A DNA stretch of 64,000 bases, from assembly GCA_002705205.1 (NCBI GenBank), contig PAHP01000012.1, positions 42,615-106,614 of the forward strand, written 5' to 3'. How positions within the stretch are numbered: the stretch's first letter is position 1; each line of letters begins with the position of its first letter. The notes under the pieces were generated by a model that made no database searches, was not told the origin of the DNA, and saw nothing but the letters and a program-made list of their open reading frames with translations. Below, one piece after another: positions 10,717-19,399 of the stretch. The translations under genes were made by a program, and so were the position numbers. Source of the stretch: Flavobacteriales bacterium (lineage in GTDB: Bacteria; Bacteroidota; Bacteroidia; Flavobacteriales; BACL11).

Positions 10717-10741
10717 ACAATATTATTGATTGGTTATTATT

Positions 10742-11605
10742 TTATCCGTTAAGAGCCTCTGCCCCTCCAACAATTTCTAATATCTCTGCGGTAATTGCTG
10801 CTTGTCTTGCTTTATTATAAGTAAGTGTTAGGTCTTTTTTAAGCTCTCCTGCATTATCAGTTGCTTTATGCATTGCTGTCATTCTAGCTCCATGCTCTGC
10901 TGCATGAGAATCTAAAACAGCCTTAAATAATTGTGTTTTTAACGATTTTGGTATTAACTCATCTACAATATCTTTTTTTCCTGGCTCAAATAAATAATCT
11001 CCAATTTGATGATCATCAATGTTTACAGTTTGAATTGGCAAATAACTCTCATTCATTATTATTTGAGTAGCAGCATTTTTAAACTGATTATATACTAGTA
11101 GCACCTTATCATACTTTCCAGAAGCAAATTGCTCCATTATCTCTTCAGCTATTTTAGAGATGTTCTCGAAAGTTAATTCGTTAAATATATCATCATGTGA
11201 AGAAGCTACATTGAATGCATTCTTTCTAAAGTGTTCTGATGACTTTTTGCCAATTGATAAGATGTCAACTTTTGCATTCGCGTATTTATCATTAATTAAT
11301 GTTGTTGCACTTTTAATAATATAAGCATTAAATCCTCCACACAACCCTCTGTTGGATGTAATTGTAACTAAAAGAACATTGTTAACCTCTCTTTGAGAAG
11401 AATAAATCCCCCCATCATCTGTATCTAAGCTTGAGCTAAGACTTCCTAATAATTCTGTTAACTTGTTCGCATAAGGCCTCATTTGAGTAATAGCATCTTG
11501 CGCTCTCTTTAGTTTTGCAGCAGAAACCATTTTCATTGCTGAAGTAATCTGCATAGTGGATCCAACAGATGTAATTCTTGACCTTATTTCTTTTAAGTTC
11601 GCCAT
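10742..11605 (-). CDS. atpG: F0F1 ATP synthase subunit gamma
   Basis: 287 aa, starting MANLKEIRSRITSVGSTMQITSAMKMVSAAKL and ending with ITAEILEIVGGAEAL. Confidence 0.95.
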   Translation of the reverse strand: MANLKEIRSRITSVGSTMQITSAMKMVSAAKLKRAQDAITQMRPYANKLTELLGSLSSSLDTDDGGIYSSQREVNNVLLVTITSNRGLCGGFNAYIIKSATTLINDKYANAKVDILSIGKKSSEHFRKNAFNVASSHDDIFNELTFENISKIAEEIMEQFASGKYDKVLLVYNQFKNAATQIIMNESYLPIQTVNIDDHQIGDYLFEPGKKDIVDELIPKSLKTQLFKAVLDSHAAEHGARMTAMHKATDNAGELKKDLTLTYNKARQAAITAEILEIVGGAEALNG

Positions 11606-11608
11606 TTG

Positions 11609-13189
11609 TTATTTTGCATATTTTAATGATAGTTCCTCGGCAACATTTTCTAGAGTTGATTTTATCTCATCAGTTAATTTTCCGGAAGCTAAATCGTCTA
11701 AAATATTTTGATGTTTAGAGTGTAAAAAAGAGATGTACTCTGCTTCAAATTCTTTGATTTTATCAACAGGAACCGCCATTAATAGCCCATTTGTTCCACA
11801 GTAAATAATTGCAGCCTGCTCTTCAACTCTTAAGGGAGAATATTGTCCTTGCTTTAAGATCTCAACATTTCTTTTTCCTTTTTCAATAACTGCAGTTGTT
11901 GCTGCGTCTAAATCGGATCCAAACTTAGCAAATGCCTCTAATTCTCTATACTGTGCTTGATCCAATTTCAATGTCCCTGAAATCTTTTTCATTGATTTAA
12001 TTTGAGCTGATCCACCAACTCTTGACACAGAAATACCAACATTAATTGCAGGTCGAACTCCAGACAAGAATAAATTAGATTCTAAGAAAATCTGACCATC
12101 TGTAATAGAAATTACATTGGTAGGTATATAAGCTGAAACATCCCCTGCTTGAGTTTCAATAATTGGTAGCGCGGTTAATGATCCTCCTCCTTTTACAATA
12201 CCCTTTAATGATTCAGGAAGATCATTCATTTGAGCTGCAATTTTATCATCATTAATAACTTTTGCAGCCCTCTCTAATAATCTTGAGTGCAAATAGAATA
12301 CATCTCCTGGGTATGCCTCTCGACCCGGAGGCCTTCTTAATAGTAATGAAACCTCTCTATAAGCAACTGCTTGTTTTGATAAGTCGTCAAATACAATAAG
12401 CGCTGGCTTACCTGTATCTCTAAAAAACTCTCCTATTGCAGCTCCAGATAGTGGGGCATAAAACTGCATTGGAGCAGGATCAGATGCACTTGCAGAAACA
12501 ATAACAGTATAAGGAAGTGCGCCTGCTTTTTCTAGCGTATCCGAAAGAGCCGCAACAGTAGATGCTTTTTGACCAACAGCAACATAAATACAAAATACAG
12601 GCTCCCCTTTATCATAAAATTCTTTTTGATTAATAATTGTGTCAATCGCAACCGCTGTTTTTCCTGTTTGTCGATCTCCAATAATTAACTCTCTTTGCCC
12701 TCTTCCTACAGGAATCATAGCGTCAACCGCTTTAAGGCCTGTTTGTAACGGCTCATCAACTGGTTGTCGATAAATTACACCTGGCGCCTTTCTTTCAATA
12801 GGCATTTCATAAGTATCTCCACTAATAGGTCCTTTTCCATCAATAGGATTTCCCATTCCATCAACCACTCTTCCAAGCATTCCTTCTCCTACATTTAAAG
12901 ATGCTATTTTATTAGTTCTTTTTACCGTGTCTCCTTCTTTTATTCCTTTTGAAGGCCCAAGCAATACTACACCAACATTATCTTCCTCCAGATTTAATAC
13001 AATTGCTTGTATTCCATTGTCAAACTCAACCAACTCCCCGGACTGCACGTTAGTAAGCCCATAAATACGAGCAATACCATCCCCAACCTGCAAAACAGTT
13101 CCTACCTCTTGTAGTTCTGCCTCAGATTTAAATCCTGATAATTGTTGTCTTAAAATTGCTGATACCTCAGCTGGTTTTACTTCTGCCAT
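11609..13189 (-). CDS. atpA: F0F1 ATP synthase subunit alpha
   Basis: 526 aa with Walker A GDRQTGKT, plus [22 protein letters not shown]. Confidence 0.97.
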   Translation of the reverse strand: MAEVKPAEVSAILRQQLSGFKSEAELQEVGTVLQVGDGIARIYGLTNVQSGELVEFDNGIQAIVLNLEEDNVGVVLLGPSKGIKEGDTVKRTNKIASLNVGEGMLGRVVDGMGNPIDGKGPISGDTYEMPIERKAPGVIYRQPVDEPLQTGLKAVDAMIPVGRGQRELIIGDRQTGKTAVAIDTIINQKEFYDKGEPVFCIYVAVGQKASTVAALSDTLEKAGALPYTVIVSASASDPAPMQFYAPLSGAAIGEFFRDTGKPALIVFDDLSKQAVAYREVSLLLRRPPGREAYPGDVFYLHSRLLERAAKVINDDKIAAQMNDLPESLKGIVKGGGSLTALPIIETQAGDVSAYIPTNVISITDGQIFLESNLFLSGVRPAINVGISVSRVGGSAQIKSMKKISGTLKLDQAQYRELEAFAKFGSDLDAATTAVIEKGKRNVEILKQGQYSPLRVEEQAAIIYCGTNGLLMAVPVDKIKEFEAEYISFLHSKHQNILDDLASGKLTDEIKSTLENVAEELSLKYAK

Positions 13190-13202
13190 TTTATTTTATT
13201 TT

Positions 13203-13760
13203 TTAGAAGTCCTGTAAATACAGGTTTTTGTTAAACACTTGTCTTAATTCTGAGATCTCACTAGATAAGCTTGCATCTATTTGTTTATCTCCCATTCGGA
13301 TGATTACTCCTCCTATAATACTTTCATCTACCTCTTCGGTAAGTTCAACTTCTTTGTCTCCATATTTCTTAATATAAGAAATCACCTCTGATTTTAATTC
13401 TACTGTTAAAGGAACTGCTGTTGTAACTTTTGCTGATTCAATATTATTATACGCTTTGTATAGAGAAATGAAGCTGTTTGCAATTCCTTCTAATAATACT
13501 TCTCTCTTTTTATTTGTAATAATATTTATAAAAAGCATGCTTACTTTTCCTACTTTTGAGCCAAAAACCTCATCAAGAATTTTTAACTTCTGATCCGTCT
13601 TTACAATAGGGCTTTTTAGTAATAATGATAAGTCTTTACTTTGAAAACAAATACTTTGAATTAGAGTCATATCACTATATGATTGCTCCAAAACATCTTG
13701 CTCTATTGAGAGTTGTAATAATGCTTTTGCATATCTTATGGCTACTCTTGATTGCTTCAT
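13203..13760 (-). CDS. atpH: F0F1 ATP synthase subunit delta
   Basis: 185 aa, starting RVAIRYAKALLQL (OSCP/delta-like), positioned between atpF and atpA. Confidence 0.9.
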   Translation of the reverse strand: MKQSRVAIRYAKALLQLSIEQDVLEQSYSDMTLIQSICFQSKDLSLLLKSPIVKTDQKLKILDEVFGSKVGKVSMLFINIITNKKREVLLEGIANSFISLYKAYNNIESAKVTTAVPLTVELKSEVISYIKKYGDKEVELTEEVDESIIGGVIIRMGDKQIDASLSSEISELRQVFNKNLYLQDF

Positions 13761-13761
13761 T

Positions 13762-14262
13762 TTAGTTAAGTTGTGATTCTTTTAATACTGAAGCAACTAA
13801 TTTATTTTGTTTGGTTTTATCTGACAACTCTGATTTTAAAACCTTTTCGGCGATATCAATTGATAGCGTGGCTACAGTGTTTTTAAGCTCAGTAATTGCT
13901 TTCATTTTTTCATTAGCAATTTGTTCTTTTGCAGAGGCTAGAATTTTATCTGCTTCGCTATTTGCTAAATCTTTTGCTTCATTAACTATGCTTTCCTTTA
14001 TTTCTCGCGCTTCTTTTAATAAGGCGTCTCTCTCAACCCTTGCTTCAGCTAAAACCCTTTCATTGTCAGCATTTAACTTTTCCATCTCAGCTTTTGCATG
14101 TTCGGCAGCTTCTAAAGAATTTTTAATCCCTTCTTCTCTTTCTTCAACTGCAGATAAAATTGGCTTCCATGCGTATTTTCTTAAAACAAAAACTAATATT
14201 ACAAATAATACTGTTTGCCAAAAAAATAAGCCTACCGAGAAGTCATTAATTAATTTTTCCAT
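13762..14262 (-). CDS. atpF: F0F1 ATP synthase subunit b
   Basis: 166 aa with a single N-terminal TM segment followed by a long charged helix, at the expected operon position. Confidence 0.9.
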   Translation of the reverse strand: MEKLINDFSVGLFFWQTVLFVILVFVLRKYAWKPILSAVEEREEGIKNSLEAAEHAKAEMEKLNADNERVLAEARVERDALLKEAREIKESIVNEAKDLANSEADKILASAKEQIANEKMKAITELKNTVATLSIDIAEKVLKSELSDKTKQNKLVASVLKESQLN

Positions 14263-14299
14263 TTTACTTTATTCTTTTCTAAATTTGTTAATTTAACTA

Positions 14300-14334
14300 A
14301 TCCAAAACTACAAGCAACCCTTGTAGTTTTGGAT
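14300..14334 (-). promoter_or_regulatory. Perfect 15-bp stem-loop in the atpE-atpF spacer (intra-operon RNA structure)
   Basis: ATCCAAAACTACAAG-caacc-CTTGTAGTTTTGGAT: 14300..14314 pairs with 14320..14334 around a 5-nt loop. There is no strong U-tract downstream on the minus strand. Confidence 0.6.
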
Positions 14335-14344
14335 ATAATTTTGG

Positions 14345-14536
14345 TTACAGTGCAAATAGTGCAGCGAACCCAATACCCTCAATAAGGGCAGCGGCAATAA
14401 GCATCACAGTCTGTATTTTACCTGTAAGCTCTGGTTGTCTCGCCATTGCTTCCAATGCCGATCCTCCAATTCTTCCAATACCAATACCTGCTCCGATTAC
14501 TACAAGCCCTCCTCCTACAATTGCTGGAATTTCCAT
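14345..14536 (-). CDS. atpE: F0F1 ATP synthase subunit c
   Basis: 63 aa hairpin proteolipid with GAGIGIGRIGG, ARQPE and AALIEGIGFAALF. Confidence 0.95.
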   Translation of the reverse strand: MEIPAIVGGGLVVIGAGIGIGRIGGSALEAMARQPELTGKIQTVMLIAAALIEGIGFAALFAL

Positions 14537-14591
14537 AATAATTAATTTAAATTAAACACTCTAGTTAATATTTTTAATCTTACTTTCTTCA

Positions 14592-15611
14592 TTAATGATG
14601 CTCCTCTACAGCTCCTCCAAAATAAAGAGCAGATAACATTGTAAATATATAAGCCTGAAGCGCACACACCAATAGCTCTAATAAAGATAGAGCAAATGCT
14701 AGTCCAAAGGATAAGGTGCCTCCAAGCCAATTTTGAAATATAAAAATTAACCCTAAAATACTCATTAATACAACGTGACCCGCAGTCATATTAGCGTATA
14801 GCCGAATCATTAACGAAAATGGTTTTATAATTGTTCCTAATAATTCAATGGGAGCTAATATTATTTTCATAGGAGTAGGAACTCCTGGCATCCAAAAAAT
14901 ATGCCCCCAATAATTCTTGTTTGCGGTAAATGTTGTAATTAGGTAGGTTAGGACCGCTAAAGAAGCAGTCACTGCAATATTATTAGTTACATTAGATCCT
15001 AGCGGCGTCATCCCAAAAAGATTGACTATCCATATGAAAAAAAAGATTGTTAATAAAAAACTCATATATCTTTTATATTTTTTTTCTCCAATATTAGGCC
15101 TAGCAATATCATCTCTAATATATATAATTATAGGTTCGATGAGCCTTCCTATTCCTTTTGGAAGTGAGTTGTGTTTATATGATCTTGCCATTTTCACAAA
15201 CATTAAAATCATTAAAACAAAACAAATTAAAATGAATACAACATTTTTGGTTATTGAAAAATCAATGAGACTTAGATTTGATCCAACCTCTTTTATATGC
15301 TCATGCCCATCAACCTTATAAGCTCTTCCGTTAATTTCAAATACAACAGGCTTATGGTGATTGTCATATAAATTTGAAGACATAAACACATCAAGCTCTC
15401 CGTCTGTATATAAAATTACCGGCAAAGGAAATGCAATATCATGTGTTAAAACAAACATATGATTATCCATCAGGTGATGATTTTTAAACTTTTTATACCT
15501 TTCTCTTATATCTCCATCTTTCTCTAAATTCGAAGAGGGATTTTCACAGAAAGAGTTTAGCCCAAAAAAACTCGAAATAAAAAATGTAATAAGTATTGTT
15601 TTTAAGCGCAT
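14592..15611 (-). CDS. atpB: F0F1 ATP synthase subunit a
   Basis: Contains C-terminal subunit-a motifs (RLYANMTAGH, LQAYIFTMLS). I place the start at ATG 15611 (MRLKTILITFF). The track's TTG at 15650 lies inside a TATTTTTG promoter box. Confidence 0.9.
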   Translation of the reverse strand: MRLKTILITFFISSFFGLNSFCENPSSNLEKDGDIRERYKKFKNHHLMDNHMFVLTHDIAFPLPVILYTDGELDVFMSSNLYDNHHKPVVFEINGRAYKVDGHEHIKEVGSNLSLIDFSITKNVVFILICFVLMILMFVKMARSYKHNSLPKGIGRLIEPIIIYIRDDIARPNIGEKKYKRYMSFLLTIFFFIWIVNLFGMTPLGSNVTNNIAVTASLAVLTYLITTFTANKNYWGHIFWMPGVPTPMKIILAPIELLGTIIKPFSLMIRLYANMTAGHVVLMSILGLIFIFQNWLGGTLSFGLAFALSLLELLVCALQAYIFTMLSALYFGGAVEEHH

Positions 15612-15647
15612 TTTAATTGCTTTGATTTGTTTTTTAAAAAATCTTTG

Positions 15648-15655
15648 CAAAAATA
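15648..15655 (-). promoter_or_regulatory. -7 promoter box TATTTTTG upstream of atpB
   Basis: The plus strand reads caaaaata, whose reverse complement TATTTTTG matches TAnnTTTG. It lies 36 nt upstream of ATG 15611, in the 61-nt gap after the preceding membrane-protein gene. Confidence 0.4.
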
Positions 15656-15712
15656 GATATTTATGCTAATCTAAGTCCTTTTTTTATCGCAATTTTTTCT
15701 AATAATATTAAT

Positions 15713-16081
15713 TTATTTGTTCGGCCTATTCAAAAGCACTATTAGCGACTTTGTTTCTACAAACAAAGAAAAGATGTACGGAATAAAAAAAGACAAAAAC
15801 TCTAATTTAGAAACAACATTATCTTTTTTTAAAATTGGCAAAATAATTATGAAGAATATGGTGAATTTTAGAAATGTGCCTATTAAAAAATAAAATCCTA
15901 AATACTCTTTTTGTTTGTTTTTTAATAAAAAAATAAGATTATAGACAAATGCTGCTAGAAAGAAGTTGAGTGTGTAGAAAAGGGATAGGTTGGGGTCCTC
16001 TACAATATAATTATGAATAGAGTATACTGCAACTAAAACAATAAAAAGGTAACCATGAAAAGCAATTAAATACCTATTCAT
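15713..16081 (-). CDS. Small 4-TM membrane protein, AtpI-like by size and position
   Basis: 122 aa with four hydrophobic segments, located directly upstream of atpB. It overlaps the AtpZ-like ORF by 8 nt. I recognised no diagnostic motif. Confidence 0.45.
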   Translation of the reverse strand: MNRYLIAFHGYLFIVLVAVYSIHNYIVEDPNLSLFYTLNFFLAAFVYNLIFLLKNKQKEYLGFYFLIGTFLKFTIFFIIILPILKKDNVVSKLEFLSFFIPYIFSLFVETKSLIVLLNRPNK

Positions 16082-16304
16082 TGTTAATCTTTTCTAGTTG
16101 TTTTATTAAATTATAAATTGAAACTATAACTGCCAATAAAACAAAAAAGATAGTATACCAATTTTCTTCTAGATTATATCTAGCATCCAAATATTTTCCC
16201 AAATAAGCTCCCAAATAAATTATAATGCCAATCTGCAGGGAGGCAGATGTTAATGTAAGATATTTATTAGGCTGTTTTTTCTTTTTTATCGGCTTTTCCA
16301 ACAT
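16074..16304 (-). CDS. AtpZ/AtpI family small membrane protein
   Basis: 76 aa with a basic N-terminus (KKKKQPNKYL) and two TM helices (LTSASLQIGIIIYLGAYLGKYLD...), matching my memory of AtpZ-type proteins upstream of Bacteroidota atp operons. Confidence 0.6.
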   Translation of the reverse strand: MLEKPIKKKKQPNKYLTLTSASLQIGIIIYLGAYLGKYLDARYNLEENWYTIFFVLLAVIVSIYNLIKQLEKINNE

Positions 16305-16680
16305 CCTTTAAATCTTTTATTACCGCCCCCATACTACAAGATCCTGAAAAAGAAGCTCCTGGCTCAATTGAAAGTTTATTCGTAATAATATCTCCATTTA
16401 ATTTTGAGGTTGATTTTAATGATAGTAATTGTGAAACTGTGATTTTTGCTTTAATTGTTCCCGAAATATCAGCATCATTACAAACAACATCACCCTCTAT
16501 TATCCCTTCTTTTCCTAATACAACCTTTCCAGAAGTATTGACAGATCCTTTTAAAGTTCCATCAACCCTAAGATCACCCGCTGATTTAACATCTCCAGTG
16601 ATAACGGTTCCCTCTCCAATCATATTAATTGCAGCCTTACTTTCTGTTTTTTTCATTGAATCATTTTTATTTGAAAACAT
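16267..16680 (-). CDS. Bactofilin (polymer-forming cytoskeletal protein)
   Basis: 137 aa with repetitive beta-helix rungs typical of bactofilin: GTVITGDVKSAGDLRVDGTLKGSVNTSGKVVLGKEGIIEGDVVCNDADISGTIKAKI. Confidence 0.85.
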   Translation of the reverse strand: MFSNKNDSMKKTESKAAINMIGEGTVITGDVKSAGDLRVDGTLKGSVNTSGKVVLGKEGIIEGDVVCNDADISGTIKAKITVSQLLSLKSTSKLNGDIITNKLSIEPGASFSGSCSMGAVIKDLKDVGKADKKEKTA

Positions 16681-16722
16681 GTTATAATATTTTACGCTAA
16701 ATTATAAAATAATTTTAACTGC

Positions 16723-19305
16723 TTAATCTATTGTTAGGTAATTCTTTGTAAAGAATGAATGGTATCCATTAACATCTTTATTTCTATAAAACTCTTTAAA
16801 GTTTTCAAGTGATATTGACATTACCTTATATTCTGATTTACTCAGCATTTCCATTACTGAGCTTTCCTCAATAAACAAGTTGTAGTATTTCATTGACTCA
16901 TTAATGTTTTCAAAGGATTTAATCATTAATAAATGTTGATCTATCCCTAGTAAAAGCGCACTAATTTCAAAAACCTCATTTCCAATACTATTATTATGGA
17001 AATCAGATATAAGTGTTTTTAAATATGTCACATCTACACCTTTTTTAGGAACCACTATAATAACCATATGTTGATGATTTGACCTGTAAAGATATGAAGA
17101 CCCTGTAAGGGCTAATTCATTTGCTTTTTCCATCTTTGAAGGAGATTTAATTACTTCCAAAATATATTTTGCTTCTTCGGAAATTTTATCCCCTCCTTCA
17201 GAAAGTGTTTCTAGTATAGGAATTGCTTTTGTTTTCTCTTTAAGCTTTATCAGTGAAAGTGCTCTTAAAAGTAGGTGTCTGCTTTTATAATTGTCCTCTA
17301 AAATATTGGTTGTTTTACTTAAAACCTCATCAAACTTATTTTCAGTATAAAGTGAAAAAACCAACTTATAAGTAGCCTCATTGTTATTTTTCTTGCTCAA
17401 AAGGTCTAAAGAATAGCTTGGGTCTTTTACCATTTTAGCATAAATACTATTTGGATAGTTTTCTAAAAGGTTTTGTTTTGTTTTTTTAGCCTTTCTATCT
17501 TTTTTTAATTCTAAATAATTACTGTGAATATTATATAAAGAAAGAGGTGCATATTGCAAATCATTTGGAAATCTTGAGTAAATTGATGTAAAACTAGAGT
17601 TGCTCTTATTTATCTCCTCTAATGACTCTCTGTATATAACACCTAATTGATATAGGGCTTCTTTTATTTTAGTGTCCGAATTTTTAAAGTCTTCATCTGT
17701 TTTTGGTAGTTGGGTTAAATAGTAATTAGGATCTTTTTTGTTTTTTGTTTCAATTGCAACTGAATCTCTAATTATTGAGTCAGTCTCAAAGCTTATAACT
17801 GTTTTTTTGTCTCTTCTTCTCCAATCATCTTCAAGTTTTCTTTTTCCCCATTTTTTTCTAAATTCTGACATTCCAAAACTTAATGTTGCTGGATTATAAA
17901 AATACCACTTTCCTCCAGAGGTATTGTTCCCGAATTGCCCATCTCTTCCCCTGTTTATTCCACTCTCATACGCCATTTGCTTTCTAAGCCTCTCTTCTTC
18001 AGCGGCGATTCTTTCTTTTTCCATTTCTTGCTGAATAATTTTACTGACAATTATCTTTTGCTCGGCCCTAGGTAGTTTTCCTAGCATTTGTAAACTGTCT
18101 TGTAATTCAACTATTTTTATATTTTCAATCAAACCTGACAAAATAGTGTGTATTTCTTTTACTTGATTATATAGTCTAAAATCACTGTCCATATAAAAGA
18201 TCGTACTGTCATAGTGTGTCTTTGCTGGCTCATATAGGCCTTTCTTAAAATTAATTCTAGCTAGAGCTAAAAATGAAAGTGCTTTTTGAGAGCTATTTTC
18301 TATACTATTTATGGTGGAGAGGAAATAGTATTCAATTGCTGAATTCGTGTCTTTACTATTAATCTCCATTTCGGCTATAGTGAAATATATTTGATCTAAA
18401 TATTCTTTGTTTTTATCGTCCTTAGTCATTTTTAAGAGCTTTTCCTTCATTTTTTTTGTGCTGGAATTGCCCTGCTCTAATGATCTTGCTAAATTCATTT
18501 TTGCATTAAATGCCATTTCATAATCTGGACTAGATTTTAGAACTAACTGATAGTGTTTTTGGGCTAAAGCATAGTTGTTTGACTGTTGGTATAATTGAGC
18601 TAGTATGTAATTTATCCTTACTTTTTTTCTTTTTCTTTTAATTAGCTCTGTCGCGTTTTTAAGCTCGTTTATTGCCTCATCAAAATCTCCTTTTTGTAAA
18701 TAGTAATCTGAGGCAATAAGTGATAAGTTTTTGTTTAATTTGTCCGGAAACTTTTTGTTTTTTAATAACTCTTCTAATTCTAATTTAGCTGAGATAAAGT
18801 CTTTTTTCTCAATATAACTTCTCAACAGCCAAAGGGCTGCTTCAAAACGAATTTCATTTTTACTATACTCATTTTTTATAAAAATAAATGTCTTAATCGC
18901 CTCATCAAAATCTCCTTTATAAAAATATGCCTTCCCAACCAATAAATAATTATCATCAATCCATTTACAATATTCTTTTCCTTTTATTTTGATAGAGTGC
19001 CTTTGAATAACTACCGATCCTTTTTTAATTGCCCTATCCATATACGGATGGATTTTCTTTGTTTTTTTTAAATCTCCTGTAGGAAACACCCGAATTGTTG
19101 TGGTAAAATCATCTATGTTTCCTGAGTGAAGTTTTCTTACCCCAGCCTTTATGCTTTCACCTCCATTAAAGTATCCATTAAATTTAGCTGTAGTATTATG
19201 ATATTGGCGATTAGTCCAAGCTTTTTTCTTTGTTGAGCACGAGGAAGTAATTAGCAGTAAAAACAGCAAAATTAACGTATTCGTATGATGTGTGTTTAGT
19301 CTCAT
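16723..19305 (-). CDS. sprE: T9SS/gliding TPR lipoprotein, SprE/PorW-like
   Basis: 860 aa with lipobox LLITSSCSTKKKAWTNRQYHNTTAKFNGYFNG, the N-terminal pattern I recall for SprE/PorW. It has multiple TPR-like repeats and a size close to the roughly 870 aa of F. johnsoniae SprE. Confidence 0.6.
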   Translation of the reverse strand: MRLNTHHTNTLILLFLLLITSSCSTKKKAWTNRQYHNTTAKFNGYFNGGESIKAGVRKLHSGNIDDFTTTIRVFPTGDLKKTKKIHPYMDRAIKKGSVVIQRHSIKIKGKEYCKWIDDNYLLVGKAYFYKGDFDEAIKTFIFIKNEYSKNEIRFEAALWLLRSYIEKKDFISAKLELEELLKNKKFPDKLNKNLSLIASDYYLQKGDFDEAINELKNATELIKRKRKKVRINYILAQLYQQSNNYALAQKHYQLVLKSSPDYEMAFNAKMNLARSLEQGNSSTKKMKEKLLKMTKDDKNKEYLDQIYFTIAEMEINSKDTNSAIEYYFLSTINSIENSSQKALSFLALARINFKKGLYEPAKTHYDSTIFYMDSDFRLYNQVKEIHTILSGLIENIKIVELQDSLQMLGKLPRAEQKIIVSKIIQQEMEKERIAAEEERLRKQMAYESGINRGRDGQFGNNTSGGKWYFYNPATLSFGMSEFRKKWGKRKLEDDWRRRDKKTVISFETDSIIRDSVAIETKNKKDPNYYLTQLPKTDEDFKNSDTKIKEALYQLGVIYRESLEEINKSNSSFTSIYSRFPNDLQYAPLSLYNIHSNYLELKKDRKAKKTKQNLLENYPNSIYAKMVKDPSYSLDLLSKKNNNEATYKLVFSLYTENKFDEVLSKTTNILEDNYKSRHLLLRALSLIKLKEKTKAIPILETLSEGGDKISEEAKYILEVIKSPSKMEKANELALTGSSYLYRSNHQHMVIIVVPKKGVDVTYLKTLISDFHNNSIGNEVFEISALLLGIDQHLLMIKSFENINESMKYYNLFIEESSVMEMLSKSEYKVMSISLENFKEFYRNKDVNGYHSFFTKNYLTID

Positions 19306-19399
19306 TCTGCTTTAAAACTACTTTTAATGAAATTTATTTTATCCCTAATTCTAAAATTCTCGCAAATATGCTTATAATTTTATGATATTTGCAAACATT

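Noticed and set aside
13811-14296. 161-aa plus-strand ORF (Ser/Ala/Phe-rich) opposite atpF
   Set aside because: It is the antisense shadow of the Lys/Glu/Ala-rich atpF coiled-coil coding sequence. It has low-complexity composition, no independent signals, and lies entirely within a well-supported gene.
14542-14730. 62-aa ORF overlapping the atpB 3' end on the same strand in another frame, together with many similar short ORFs in the track (for example 657..863, 7422..7652, 15022..15321, 16439..16687, 19820..20065, 21643..21924, 23281..23484, 26260..26472, 32728..32937, 41218..41511, 48702..49061, 53085..53381, 61130..61432)
   Set aside because: All are nested inside or antisense to longer ORFs with clear family motifs. 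They have odd composition and no promoter or start context, so I treat them as frame shadows typical of AT-rich DNA.
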